A stretch of DNA of 64,000 nucleotides from contig NIVC01001865.1 of the NCBI GenBank assembly GCA_002269645.1, forward strand, positions 42,769 to 106,768. Direction: 5' to 3'. The position numbers and the translations under genes were made by a program. This document shows positions 37,658 through 48,553 of this stretch, in pieces; position 1 is the stretch's first letter, and every line of letters starts with the position of its first letter. This DNA is from Macrostomum lignano. Lineage: Eukaryota. The notes below the pieces were generated by a model. That model worked only from the letters and a program-made list of their open reading frames with translations, did no database searches and had not been told where the DNA came from.

Positions 37658-37980
37658 GCTAACTAACTAACTAACTAACTAACTTACTAACTAACTAACT
37701 AACTTACTAACTAACTAACTAACTAACTTACTAACTAACTAACTAACTAACTAACTAGCTAACTAACTTACTAACTAACTAACTAACTAACTTACTAACT
37801 AACTAACTAACTAGCTAACTAACTAACTAACTATTTAAATTATTAACTAAGTAACTAAGTACTAACTATTTAACTTACTAACTAGCTAACTAACTAACTA
37901 ACTAACTAACTAGCTAACTAACTTACTAACTTACTAACTAACTAACTAACTAACTTACTAACTAACTAACTAACTAACTT

Positions 37981-38014
<34 letters not shown>

Positions 38015-38068
38015 AAACTAACTAACTAACTAGCTAACTAACTTACTAACTAACTAACTAACTAACTT

Positions 38069-38124
<56 letters not shown>

Positions 38125-38125
38125 G

Positions 38126-38159
<34 letters not shown>

Positions 38160-38160
38160 T

Positions 38161-38198
<38 letters not shown>

Positions 38199-38252
38199 AA
38201 ACTAACTAACTAACTAGCTAACTAACTTACTAACTAACTAACTAACTAACTT

Positions 38253-38308
<56 letters not shown>

Positions 38309-38556
38309 GCTAACTAACTTACTAACTAACTAACTAACTAACTTACTAACTAACTAACTAACTAGCTAACTAACTAACTAACTATTTAACTTACTAACTA
38401 GCTAACTAACTAACTAACTAACTAACTAGCTAACTTACTAACTTACTAACTAACTAACTAACTAACTTACTAACTAACTAACTAACTAACTAGCTAACTA
38501 ACTAACTAACTAACTAACTAGCTAACTAACTTACTAACTAACTAACTAACTAACTT

Positions 38557-38595
<39 letters not shown>

Positions 38596-41500
38596 TACTA
38601 ACTAACTAACTAACTTACTAACTAACTAACGAACTAACTAACTAACTAACTAACTAAATAACTAATGAAATAATTAATTAAATTCTTAATAAGCTACCCA
38701 CACTGGCTCAATTTACATCTGTACTCAACGGCTCAATTCGTCCGCAACCAACCCCAGGTGATGGGCCTCTCCAAGCTGCAGTCGCTGGACCTGGCCGACA
38801 ACAAGCTGACCGAGGTGCCGCGCGGCCTGCCGGACTCGCTGACCCACCTGGGCCTGAACGGCAACCGCATCAGTCACGTGAGCGGCGCCAGAATGACGCG
38901 ACTGGCCAACCTGCGCCGGCTCGACCTGTCCGGCAACCGGCTGTCCAGCGTGGCCGGCGCGTTCAGCTTCATCTGTTGGACGCCGGCGCTGGCCGAGCTG
39001 GAGCTGGACTCGATGGAGCTGCGCGTGATGGAGCAGCGAGCCGGTTTTGACGGGCCGCCGCCAGCGTTCCCGGCTCGGGCGGCGCAGCTCGTTGGGAAGA
39101 AGAGGAAAAAGGTTAGCGTTGGATAAATGCATGCTTGGGCGCAACCTAGGGATTCACCCGGCCGTTTCTATTGGCAACACACACACACATGTAAGTCGCT
39201 ATTGGACGGAATAGTAGTCACGTGACTGCTCTCAGCCAATTGCGACTAACATGTGTGTGTTGCCAATAGAAACGGCCGGGTGAATCCCAAGGTTGCGCAT
39301 ATATGGATCATGGGATTAGGGATTCGGTGATTGGGATTAGAGATTTAGTGATTGGGATTAGAGATTCAGTGATTGGGATTAGAGATTCGGTGATTGGGAT
39401 TAGAGATTCGATAGTTGGGATTAGAGATTCGATAGTTGGGATTAGCGATTCGATAGTTAGCATTAGAGATTCGATAATTAGGATTAGAGATTCGACAGTT
39501 GGGATGAGAGATTCAATAGTTGGGATTAGCGATTCGATAGTTAGCATTAGAGATTCGATAATTAGGATTAGAGATTCGACAGTTGGGATTAGCGATTCGA
39601 TAGTTGGGATTAGAGATTTGATAGTTGGGATTAGAGATTTGATAGTTGGGATTAGAGATTCGATAGTTGGGATTAGAGATTCGATAGTTGGGATTAGAGA
39701 TTCGATAGTTGGGATTAGAGATTCGATAGTTGGGATTAGAGATTTGTAGTTGGGATTAGCGATTCGATATTTGGGATTAGAGATTCGATATTTGGGACTA
39801 GAGATTCGATTATTTTAATTCAAGATTCGATAAATGTGATTAAAGATTCGGTTTTTAAGATTAAGGATTTAGTGATAGGGATTAGAATACCAAATTGGAA
39901 GAATAATTTTAGGGACTTTTGGATCATGTTGAAGTTGAACTATTGTCAAGTTTTCGGTAGCTAAAGTAGGTATGGAAATAGAACAGAAGTAATTATTAGT
40001 TGAACAAAATCCTGAATCTCAACCAATATTTTCATGCCAGCTGCTCCGTACCTACTCGGCCAGCTTGTTGGCCTCCGCCCAGGCCTATTGCCGCAGTCAG
40101 CCTCCGCCCGACATCAGCAGCCTCCCAGCTGACGATCACCAACCGCCCAATTTTAAATCCAATGAAAATTCGGGCGATTCCTCCGTGGCTCTGGGTAGCA
40201 GCTCGGAAAGTAATGCAGGTGGACTGTCAACAGGTGGCATCGCTGGTCTGCTGTGCTCTGTTGGTACCATCTTTGCGGCTGCCTTGGGATTTGGATATCG
40301 GAAAAGGTCAGAATATGAGGGTGCCAAATCCTCAAAGTGCCACATCCTCAAGTACCACATCCTCAAAGTACTACATCCTCAAAGTGTCATATCCTCAAAG
40401 TGTCACATTCTTAAGTACCACATCCTCAAAGTGCCACATCCTCAAAGTACCACATCCTCAAAGTGCCACATTCTCAAAGTGCCACATCCTCAAGTACCAC
40501 ATCCTCAAAGTGCCACATCCTCAAGTACCACATCCTCAAAGTGTCATATTCTCAAAGTGTCACATTCTTAAGTACCACATCCTCAAAGTGCCACATCCTC
40601 AAAGTGTCATCCTAAGTGCCACATCCTCAAAGTGTCATATTCTCAAAGTGTCACATTCTTAAGTACCACATCCTCAAAGTGTCATATTCTCAAAGTGTCA
40701 CATTCTTAAGTACCACATCCTCAAAGTGCCACATCCTCAAAAGTGTAGCATCCTTACTGAGTCAAATTCACTAAGCCAACATTCAGCCAGTCGTGTATGA
40801 TGAATGATTTTCTGATTTGCCTTTGTTCATGCGCCTCCACTGCCCCCGCTGTGCCATCCATAGTCTGTTCCAAGTGTACAGACGTCTCAGAGGCTCCAAC
40901 AACGCCTCGGCCGTTACGAACAGCACCGCCGCCTCGGGCACTCAAGGCCAACGCCGAATCCAAGGCAACAGCCGGGAGACGCTGATGTCTCAAAATCATG
41001 GAAATCCAACGTACGAGCGGATAAACGGACAAAATATCGAGCTGAGTCTTCTTGCCACCCGCCCGCTGGATGCCCAGCAACTTCTGGAAGAGCGACAGCA
41101 GCCCATTTCTAGGTAAGAGTGATTGATTTGTAACTATGGTAACCCAAAATATATATTACGAAGGGAGCGGATGATTGAAGAAAGGAGCGAATGATTGGAG
41201 ACTGGAGCGGATGAACTGAGAATAGAGCGGATGAATGGAGAATGAAGCGGATGATTGGAGAATAGAGCGGATGAATGGAGAATAGAGCGGATGAATGGAG
41301 AATGAAGCGGATGATTGGAGAATAGAGCGGATGAATGGAGAATAGAGCGGATGAATGGAGAATAGAGCGGATGAATGGAGAATAGAGCGGATGAATGGAG
41401 AATGAAGCGGATGATTGGAGAATAGAGCGGATGAATGGAGAATGGAGCGGATGATTGGAGAATGAAGCGGATGATTGGAGACTAGAGCGGATGATTGGAG

Positions 41501-42232
41501 AATGATGGAGCGAAGGGAGTTGAGGAAGGCTGCGGATGAACAGAAAAGAGATGCGCCCAAACTGTCAGTTCCAGTCCCCGAGACCAGCAGCGGCAGCAGC
41601 ACCAACAACAGCAGCAAGAATCAACTTCCGATTCTGATTCACACGAATCATTCGACGAAGACATCCCGGAGACCGCGCGTCTGTCGCGTGCAGAAGGCGG
41701 CAACAGGAGCCCTCAATATGCAGTGTGCGTCCCACGGCGCTGCTGATCGGCCTCTCGGCTGATCTGGACCAACTGAGCTCTCCCAATTACGAAGCAGCTG
41801 CTGCTTTCATCCGGGTTGACGAGACCACCTTCGAAGCGGTGCCGGTAAGACGCTGGTTCTGTATGATTTTAATCTACGATACTCGTATTTATTACGAGTG
41901 CTTGTTGACTGTAAAGCATTTCTTGGAAACTTCACAACTTCTTTCAGGAGGACTTAACCTCTGCGCAAAGATATTTTATTATGCTGACGAAGAACCTGAT
42001 TTCAAACGGTGGCGGCCTCTTGCCCTTTCTCAATAGTCTGTTGGAAGACTCGAGTACACGTGGGAAAGTAAAAATTATCGCTAACTTCAAAGACGACACC
42101 CCAGAGTTCGGCAGCCAGATACGAGAGTACTGTCCGCTGTTGCACCGGATTTATTTGAAGTATCCAGTCCGGATCATTCCTTGGGAAGACATTCCTGACA
42201 AGTCCTTGAGCCATCTTGCTTTGTTTATTTGA
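36244..42232 (+). CDS. LRR transmembrane receptor with a divergent TIR-like C-terminus (Toll-like receptor architecture)
   Basis: Exons 36244-37263, 37386-37508, 38758-39111, 40041-40306, 40882-41112, then either 41724-41844 plus 41948-42232 (799 aa, TIR-like) or 41569-41746 (723 aa, TIR-less). Signal peptide, LRRNT (LDCQRRGLFEVP), many LxxLxLxxNxL repeats, TM GGIAGLLCSVGTIFAAALGFGY, and NPTY. The LRR-TM part is secure; the TIR call is by motif resemblance. Confidence 0.75.
37614..38660. repeat. (CTAA)n microsatellite with interspersed TACTAAC and CTAG variants, intron 2 of the LRR receptor
   Basis: Directly visible, about 1.05 kb. Confidence 0.97.
39139..39298. mobile_element. 160-bp foldback / MITE-like element in LRR receptor intron 3
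   Basis: Arms of about 65 bp, GCGCAACCTAGGGATTCACCCGGCCGTTTCTATTGGCAACACAC..., are nearly perfectly inverted. The loop contains AGTCACGTGACT. Confidence 0.8.
39310..39810. repeat. 21-bp minisatellite GGGATTAGAGATTCGATAGTT, intron 3
   Basis: Directly visible. Confidence 0.95.
40325..40745. repeat. CACATCCTCAA(A)GT-based minisatellite, intron 4
   Basis: Directly visible. Confidence 0.9.
41160..41510. repeat. 20-bp minisatellite GAGAATAGAGCGGATGAATG, intron 5
   Basis: Directly visible. Confidence 0.9.
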
Positions 42233-42249
42233 CTGAGACTGAGAGAGTG

Positions 42250-42890
42250 TTATTGATTATCTTATCGGCTCCCAAACCCCCTTCCCTGTCTGTTTTCAAT
42301 CCTCGCTAAGTGTACAACACAAGGTTGGATGGGTTATCGATTCTCTTATCGGCTCCAAACCCCCTTCCCTGTCTGTTTTCAATCCTCGCTAAGTGTACAA
42401 CACAAGGTTGGATGGGTTATCGATTCTCTTATCGGCTCCAAACCCCCTTCCCTGTCTGTTTTCAATCCTCGCTAAGTGTACAACACAAGGTTGGATGGGT
42501 TATCGATTCTCTTATCGGCTCCAAACCCCCTTCCCTGTCTGTTTTCAATCCTCGCTAAGTGTACAACACAAGGTTGGATGGGTTATCGATTCTCTTATCG
42601 GCTCCAAACCCCCTTCCCTGTCTGTTTTCAATCCTCGCTAAGTGTACAACACAAGGTTGGATGGGTTATCGATTCTCTTATCGGCTCCAACCCCCCTTCC
42701 CTGTCTGCTTTCAATCCTCGCTAAGTGTACAACACAAGGTTGGATGGGTTATCGATTCTCTTATCGGCTCCAACCCCCCTTCCCTGTCTGCTTTCAATCC
42801 TCGCTAAGTGTACAACACAAGGTTGGATGGGCTATCGATTCTCTTATCGGCTCCAACCCCCCTTCCCTGTCTGCTTTCAATCCTCGCTAA
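42250..42890. repeat. 83-bp tandem repeat, about 7.7 copies
   Basis: ORF starts recur every 83 bp (42310, 42393, ... 42725); begins about 20 bp after the receptor stop codon. Confidence 0.97.
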
Positions 42891-43778
42891 GTAAAACAAC
42901 ACAGTTGGTTTTACCTTAATGTTTTTTACCTGCATAGAAAATTACTCTGTACCTTCTTTTTTAGTAGTTAGATGATAATTTAATAATTATTTTATTTTCA
43001 AATCAGTAGAGTAGAGTGCAATGGGTAATATACCTATGCAGAGCTGTACCAGTAGACGTCGGTGCAGTGCATTTGCATAATACTGACTTAACAACTAACT
43101 GCAGTTAATCGTTTGTCGGTTGGAATGAAATTGCCGAATGTGATAGAAATATTTGGGCATAAATAATGTACAAGTAGTTCTTAAAATTATTTTTTACAAG
43201 CATATTTACAGAAAGTTTATACCTCCCTTCTGGAACTCGAAATTGTCGAGTCGCGTCCATTGACATAACGTTTTTGCGCCTTTACAGTAGAAATTTTAAT
43301 TATGAAAATGGTTTGATTTCAATTCAATTCAAATTTATGAATAGTTAGTTGCTGATGTATCATTTTTATGATATTTACTGAATTGATTTGAGTTTAGTTT
43401 TGCCTATTCCATAACGCAATTCATTGTGTAACTGGTTGGCTTATACGTATCTTAGTACTTGGTCCATGCATGCGTTTGTCAAATAAAAAATCATTTCGAA
43501 TTCCGATTGTATACGTACAGGTATATTTTTGTCTGCTTTGGTTGATGTCAAAACATAAAATACCCTGATTAAATTTAGTGTGACTGCGTACTTAGCTCGT
43601 ATCCGCGCGCTTGTGTGCCTGCTCAGAGGAGTCGGCGGAATGGGCAGTAATGCCTCTCGTCGGTTGTGTGACATTGTGACAATACGAGTATCGCTTAAAG
43701 CACGTCAGGGTTCATACAGCCCCCTGCCTGCAATAAAAATTTGCATCAGCGCTATCTATCCACCAGTTGACACATTAA

Positions 43779-44205
43779 GCTGGTGAACCATTACTAAAGT
43801 GCTGGTGAACCATTACTAAAGTGCTGGAGAACCATTACTAAAGTGCTGGTGAACCATTACTAAAGTGCTGGTGAACCATTACTAAAGTGCTGGTGAACCA
43901 TTACTAAAGTGCTGGTGAACCATTACTAAAGTGCTGGTGAACCATTACTAAAGTGCTAGTGAACCATTACTAAAGTGCTGGTGAACCATTACTAAAGTGC
44001 TGGTGAGCCATTACTAAAGTGCTGGAGAACCATTACTAAAGTGCTGGTGAACCATTACTAAAGTGCTAGTGAACCATTACTAAAGTGCTGGTGAACCATT
44101 ACTAAAGTGCTGGTGAACCATTACTAAAGTGCTAGTGAACCATTACTAAAGTGCTGGTGAACCATTACTAAAGTGCTGGTGAACCATTACTAAAGTGCTG
44201 GTGAA
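43779..44205. repeat. 22-bp minisatellite GCTGGTGAACCATTACTAAAGT
   Basis: Directly visible, about 19 copies. Confidence 0.97.
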
Positions 44206-44587
44206 CCCTGCATCTCAGTGTATTTCTCGTCCCGGTGTTAGGTTTTGCAATCTCCGTGCGCTTGCAGTCTCCAGCCGGAGATCGCAGGACAAATGTGACT
44301 TTGCTTTGCGATCTCGAGTCCCGGACAACGCAAGGCATAACAGTTGTGCCTTGCATTTTCCCCGATTTGAGATCTCCGAGGGTAAAAATGTACATGAGCG
44401 GTGTACAGCCGCGGGGCTAAACTATATATCTGTATCTAGGAGGTTGAGCTCTAGATGAATTGTCAGTGTAATTGCGCAATGTGTACTTCATTCTCACTGA
44501 TGCTCTATTTTAAAAGCCATTTAATTAAGAGCTTAGAAGGCTGCAAGTGTGACTGAGGTATTTGTAGCTTCAAGTGGAGACACACAT

Positions 44588-44885
44588 GGCAAAGGCGAGT
44601 CTAACCCCAAGTGTTCTTTTACGGCCACTAACGTTCAGAATTCCCGGAGACTTGCCGGCCAAAGTGAGGGAAAAAAGTAAAGCCTTCTTCTTCCAAGACG
44701 GTCAATTGTTCTACAAAGTGAGAAACCGGAACTGCGGCAAGAAAAGGCGCCCAGAACAGCGGCGGCGTGTGCTCTTACGGAAGATGAAGTCCGGGAAAAG
44801 ATCAAAACACTGCACGTAGAGTAATGTTAAATGGGAATAAAGAGCTCCATTGGCCTCTTTACTGCGCTATTTTACAATGAAAAGT
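44588..44885 (+). pseudogene. Relic of the N-terminus of a Ginger/Gypsy-integrase-like protein (H2C2 zinc-binding region)
   Basis: AKVREKSKAFFFQDGQLFYK...RRRVL, then a frameshift into TEDEVREKIKTLHVE*C*MGIKSSIGLFTALFY, resembling K.F...DG.LFY...LH....H.GI......FYW. Stops and the frameshift indicate decay. Confidence 0.5.
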
Positions 44886-46477
44886 GGCTTTTAGGGTGGG
44901 AGATTCTTGATCATATGGGGATTGATTTTTATACTTGAAGTACTTAAACTTCGATAAAGGCATATGGTTCTATTGAAGATTAAGTATATAAAAGTTTTTG
45001 GGGGTCGAAAGGGGGGTGATCAACTAAAGGACAATGTTAAAAAACCAGGGCATTTCATTCATCAACTTATATATATATATATATATATATAGTATTTAGA
45101 AACATTAAAAATTTTTCCCTAACTCAGTAATTTTATATCCTTGAAACGCTAATTTCACTTAGTCTTTTTGTTCCAAAAAATATTTTTATACATTATCGTT
45201 CTTTGACTCGGACATCACAGTCCGGATACCGCAAAGAAAACCTTGGTTTTTCGGCCGGATATTTCAACCTAGCTTGTGAATTCCGGGGGGGGGGAGACTG
45301 CAAGTACCCCGGAGAACGTTAAGCAGCTTGAGATATCCGGACCGGATACTTTAGCATGCTCGAAATATCCAGGGGGAGGTCGGAAAGCACTTGTACTATC
45401 TGGGCGGATAACGACACGGATATCCGAAAGTATAACACGGCAATCCGATTGAACGGACGTCGCATCCACCGGCCTAAGAGACAGAAGAGAGGGCGCCAAC
45501 CACGAGACATTGGCGCTCACCAAGACACCAAATTTTGGCGCTCGTTGCGGCCCCTCAATTAAAGCGGTTGCTGTGTATGTCTCTCCATCGACATGAGATA
45601 AGCCAGCGAACGTCGAAATGTGGCACGGTTTGGAGACTTGTCATTCGTTGATGGTTTTAGCCAAACTTCATTTTTTCCTGTATTGATTCAGCCACACTGA
45701 CGTAGAGCTTCGGAAACATTTTTCTAAAGGGAACAAACCAGAAGCGATCCCTTCAGCATAGATGCAGCCTAGTGAAAGAGCTTTATGCATAGCTACATCT
45801 TTAAAAAGGCGCAAAGACTAGGAAAAAAGTGATTACCCGGGGCCTAACGACTCAGTCAGGATCAGGCGCTCTTAAACATCCATGCAGGACTGGGCAACAA
45901 ATAAAGCCAAATTTTCAAGCAAAAAAAGTAAATTCTCAGCGAAGTGGAAAAAACAACTATTGGGAATTAACAAGACAACGAGGAATGGGCCAGGTACTGT
46001 AAATAGAGCTTTGTTCTAGAATTTTCTCAGACAAAAAGCCATTTCTAGCTGCCTGCTGAATATGCAGAATCATTTCTGCATAGGAGATTTTGTGTTGAAG
46101 CGCTTTGGCTAAAATTTTTCTAGTCGAAGCAAGGTAAGAGCATTTTATTCTTCAGTCTCTGTCTTCTTCAATTCCCTTTCATGCAGCTGCATTGCAAACA
46201 GTGACTGCGAGTCCTGAAGAGTCAACAATTGAAAATTATTTTTAGTTCGATTTTTATTCAATGCTGCCACCCACTGCTGCAATGGCTCTGGCGATTGTAT
46301 CCACGGGCGAACCAATCAGGACGCCAAAACGAACCCAAATGAAGCAACAAAACAGAAGACCTTCGACGAAAAACAAATTGGCTACATAAGCGCCGTAGTC
46401 ATCGTTTTCGCTGATAATTCCCTGATACCGGCATTCTCAAAGCATTACTTGAAGCGATCATATTGCACTAAGTCACT

Positions 46478-47218
46478 ATGATTGCTAAGTTGACCCTAAG
46501 CATTACCATGGCAGTGCTGCTCCTGCAGGTTGGCTCATCCCAGCAGCAAGCCGCTTGCCCTGCCCCGTTTTATAACGAGGCCGGTAAGTGCATCTTCGTG
46601 AACTATTCTAAAGGTTTTACCTGGTGCGAGGCCAACCGGCAATGCGCAGCCATCGACGGCCAGCTCATCAACTCGTACGAAACATTGAAGCTGCTCAGCA
46701 GCATGCCAAGCATGGATAGCCCTATACATCTGTGGCTCGGGGTGACTGACCTCGCGAATGAGCGACTGACGTCTCGGTCAGGCTGGCAGACTGTCAACGG
46801 CAATGAAGACCTACCGCTGGACAACGCACTGTGGTACAGCGGGATACCGAACAACATCGGGAATCAGGACTGTGTGATCCAGGCGAATGACAATAGTCAT
46901 CGGTTTGTTGATCTGCGCTGCTTTTATACCGCCGGATTCGCTTGCGAATTCGCTCCATCTCATGTGCCACCAAGCGCCACGTGGGTGAATGTTCCTTTCA
47001 AACGCACTGAGTACAATACTCAGTACTGCTACACCGAACTGCAGCCAATTAGCAACATACTTGAGTGCTTTGAAGTTGCATTCATCAAGTTTCCGAATAT
47101 CAGGAGCGTGCTGTACAACAAAGTCCTTGGGCAATGCCGACTACTGCAGTTCAGCGACGCCCAAGTTGAGCAGGAAATCGAGAACAGCAACGACTGGGTA
47201 AAGTTCGCGCTTCAGTGA
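46478..47218 (+). CDS. Secreted C-type lectin domain protein with a C-terminal Cys-containing extension, single exon, 246 aa
   Basis: Signal peptide; CPAPF...KCIFV...TWCEANRQC, LWLGVTD, W.SGIPNN...DCV...FVDLRC...FACE. Confidence 0.9.
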   Translation: MIAKLTLSITMAVLLLQVGSSQQQAACPAPFYNEAGKCIFVNYSKGFTWCEANRQCAAIDGQLINSYETLKLLSSMPSMDSPIHLWLGVTDLANERLTSRSGWQTVNGNEDLPLDNALWYSGIPNNIGNQDCVIQANDNSHRFVDLRCFYTAGFACEFAPSHVPPSATWVNVPFKRTEYNTQYCYTELQPISNILECFEVAFIKFPNIRSVLYNKVLGQCRLLQFSDAQVEQEIENSNDWVKFALQ

Positions 47219-48553
47219 GACTGCGAGCTGCTTCAATTCGATCTGGTCACGAGAAAATTCTAATAAAAACTTTACTATAAAAATCAACTGCCCGAATCGG
47301 GTTCTGAGCGAATCTAACTATACTTCACCCTCCCTATTAATAAAATAATCAACGAACTCGACACATTTTGTCGACAAAACCAAAAAGCACTTCAATTTAT
47401 TTATTTATTCTTATTTATAAGCTTCATTGGCCTATTTGGCCTATTACCTATTAACTCCTAAAGATTAGGGATGTCCCATAGACTAGAGACAGTGTACTAT
47501 AGTTGACTTTCTAAAATTGAAGCTGCATGTTTGTTTGGCTCCGCGTTTTCTTTCAAATTATAGTCGCTCCGTTCTTGAATAAATTATTGTTTATTGATTC
47601 TTTGTTTCTTGTTCTTGAAGCTGTCCATGACATGATTTATTGATTTATTGCTCCAATCAGGGAAAGCATTAGTCGAACCGTAAAACCAATGATTCGAGCT
47701 ATCTATGCAGGTTTTGAGTCAAGATGCCTCCTAAAAAATTCCAAGAAAAGTATAGTTTCCAGTCCTTCCACCAGAGCAGTCCTTGGGGGACAAATCAACA
47801 GTTGGAGAGGGCGTTCCTCCAGAGGGTCTCTCAGATCTATCGAGGAGGACCGAAAGGTTGAATTCCAAACAGGAAAAATCCGGGGTTTAAATTCGGACCA
47901 ATTACTGGCCCGCGACTTTGTTATATTGAAATACGTTGATTCTGATTGGATATAAGCCTACATGTAATTCTTAAAACGCACGTCGAATTTTGATTGGCTG
48001 ACCTTGTATTTAATATCGAAAGCCAAGAGATCCTATCAAACCCCATTGGACCCCTAAGAGTGACAGGTGCGGCCATATAGCATCAAATTTTGATGCAAAC
48101 AATAAATGAGTTTCAGCAATGTCAAATCAAAACTTAACCTGAAAATATGCATTATATCAATACGCGTGTGAGAATAAAGATGGAATAAAGATGAGAGTGC
48201 AACGGAATAATCTGCGAGGAGATAAGGATTAAAGCGAGTATAATATTAGAGGTAAAGGTCGCAGCTGTCAAAATATCGTCCCACTTGGAAAAATCTGAAG
48301 AATAGGCCAAAATCTCATGTGATTCATGTGATGGATGATCTGTCAAAAATGAGAAAAAAAACACCATGCAGTCACGTGTGATTTATCTAGACCATCTGGC
48401 GTCTGCAGACCCGCAGGCGCACATGCCAGGTGCAGTGTGGCCGCCTAACACATAACCTTGACGACTGGGGACTATGACCCGAAAAAGTATGCTGGTATGA
48501 AATCCCAATAGAAAAGAAGAAAAAGCATAAAAGAGAGAGGAAAATAAATAGTG

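Noticed and set aside
37614-38660. Interstitial telomere
   Set aside because: The unit is CTAA (TTAG), not TTAGGG or TTAGG, and it lies inside an intron.
42250-42890. 83-bp repeat as a CRISPR array or a tandem family of 82-aa genes
   Set aside because: Units are head-to-tail with no unique spacers, the context is eukaryotic, and there are no cas genes. The ORFs are artefacts of an 83-bp period.
48552-48553. LTR starting at TGTGAC (48552)
   Set aside because: The 3' LTR starts at TGACAT, and only the 48554 boundary yields a perfect TAGTG target duplication.
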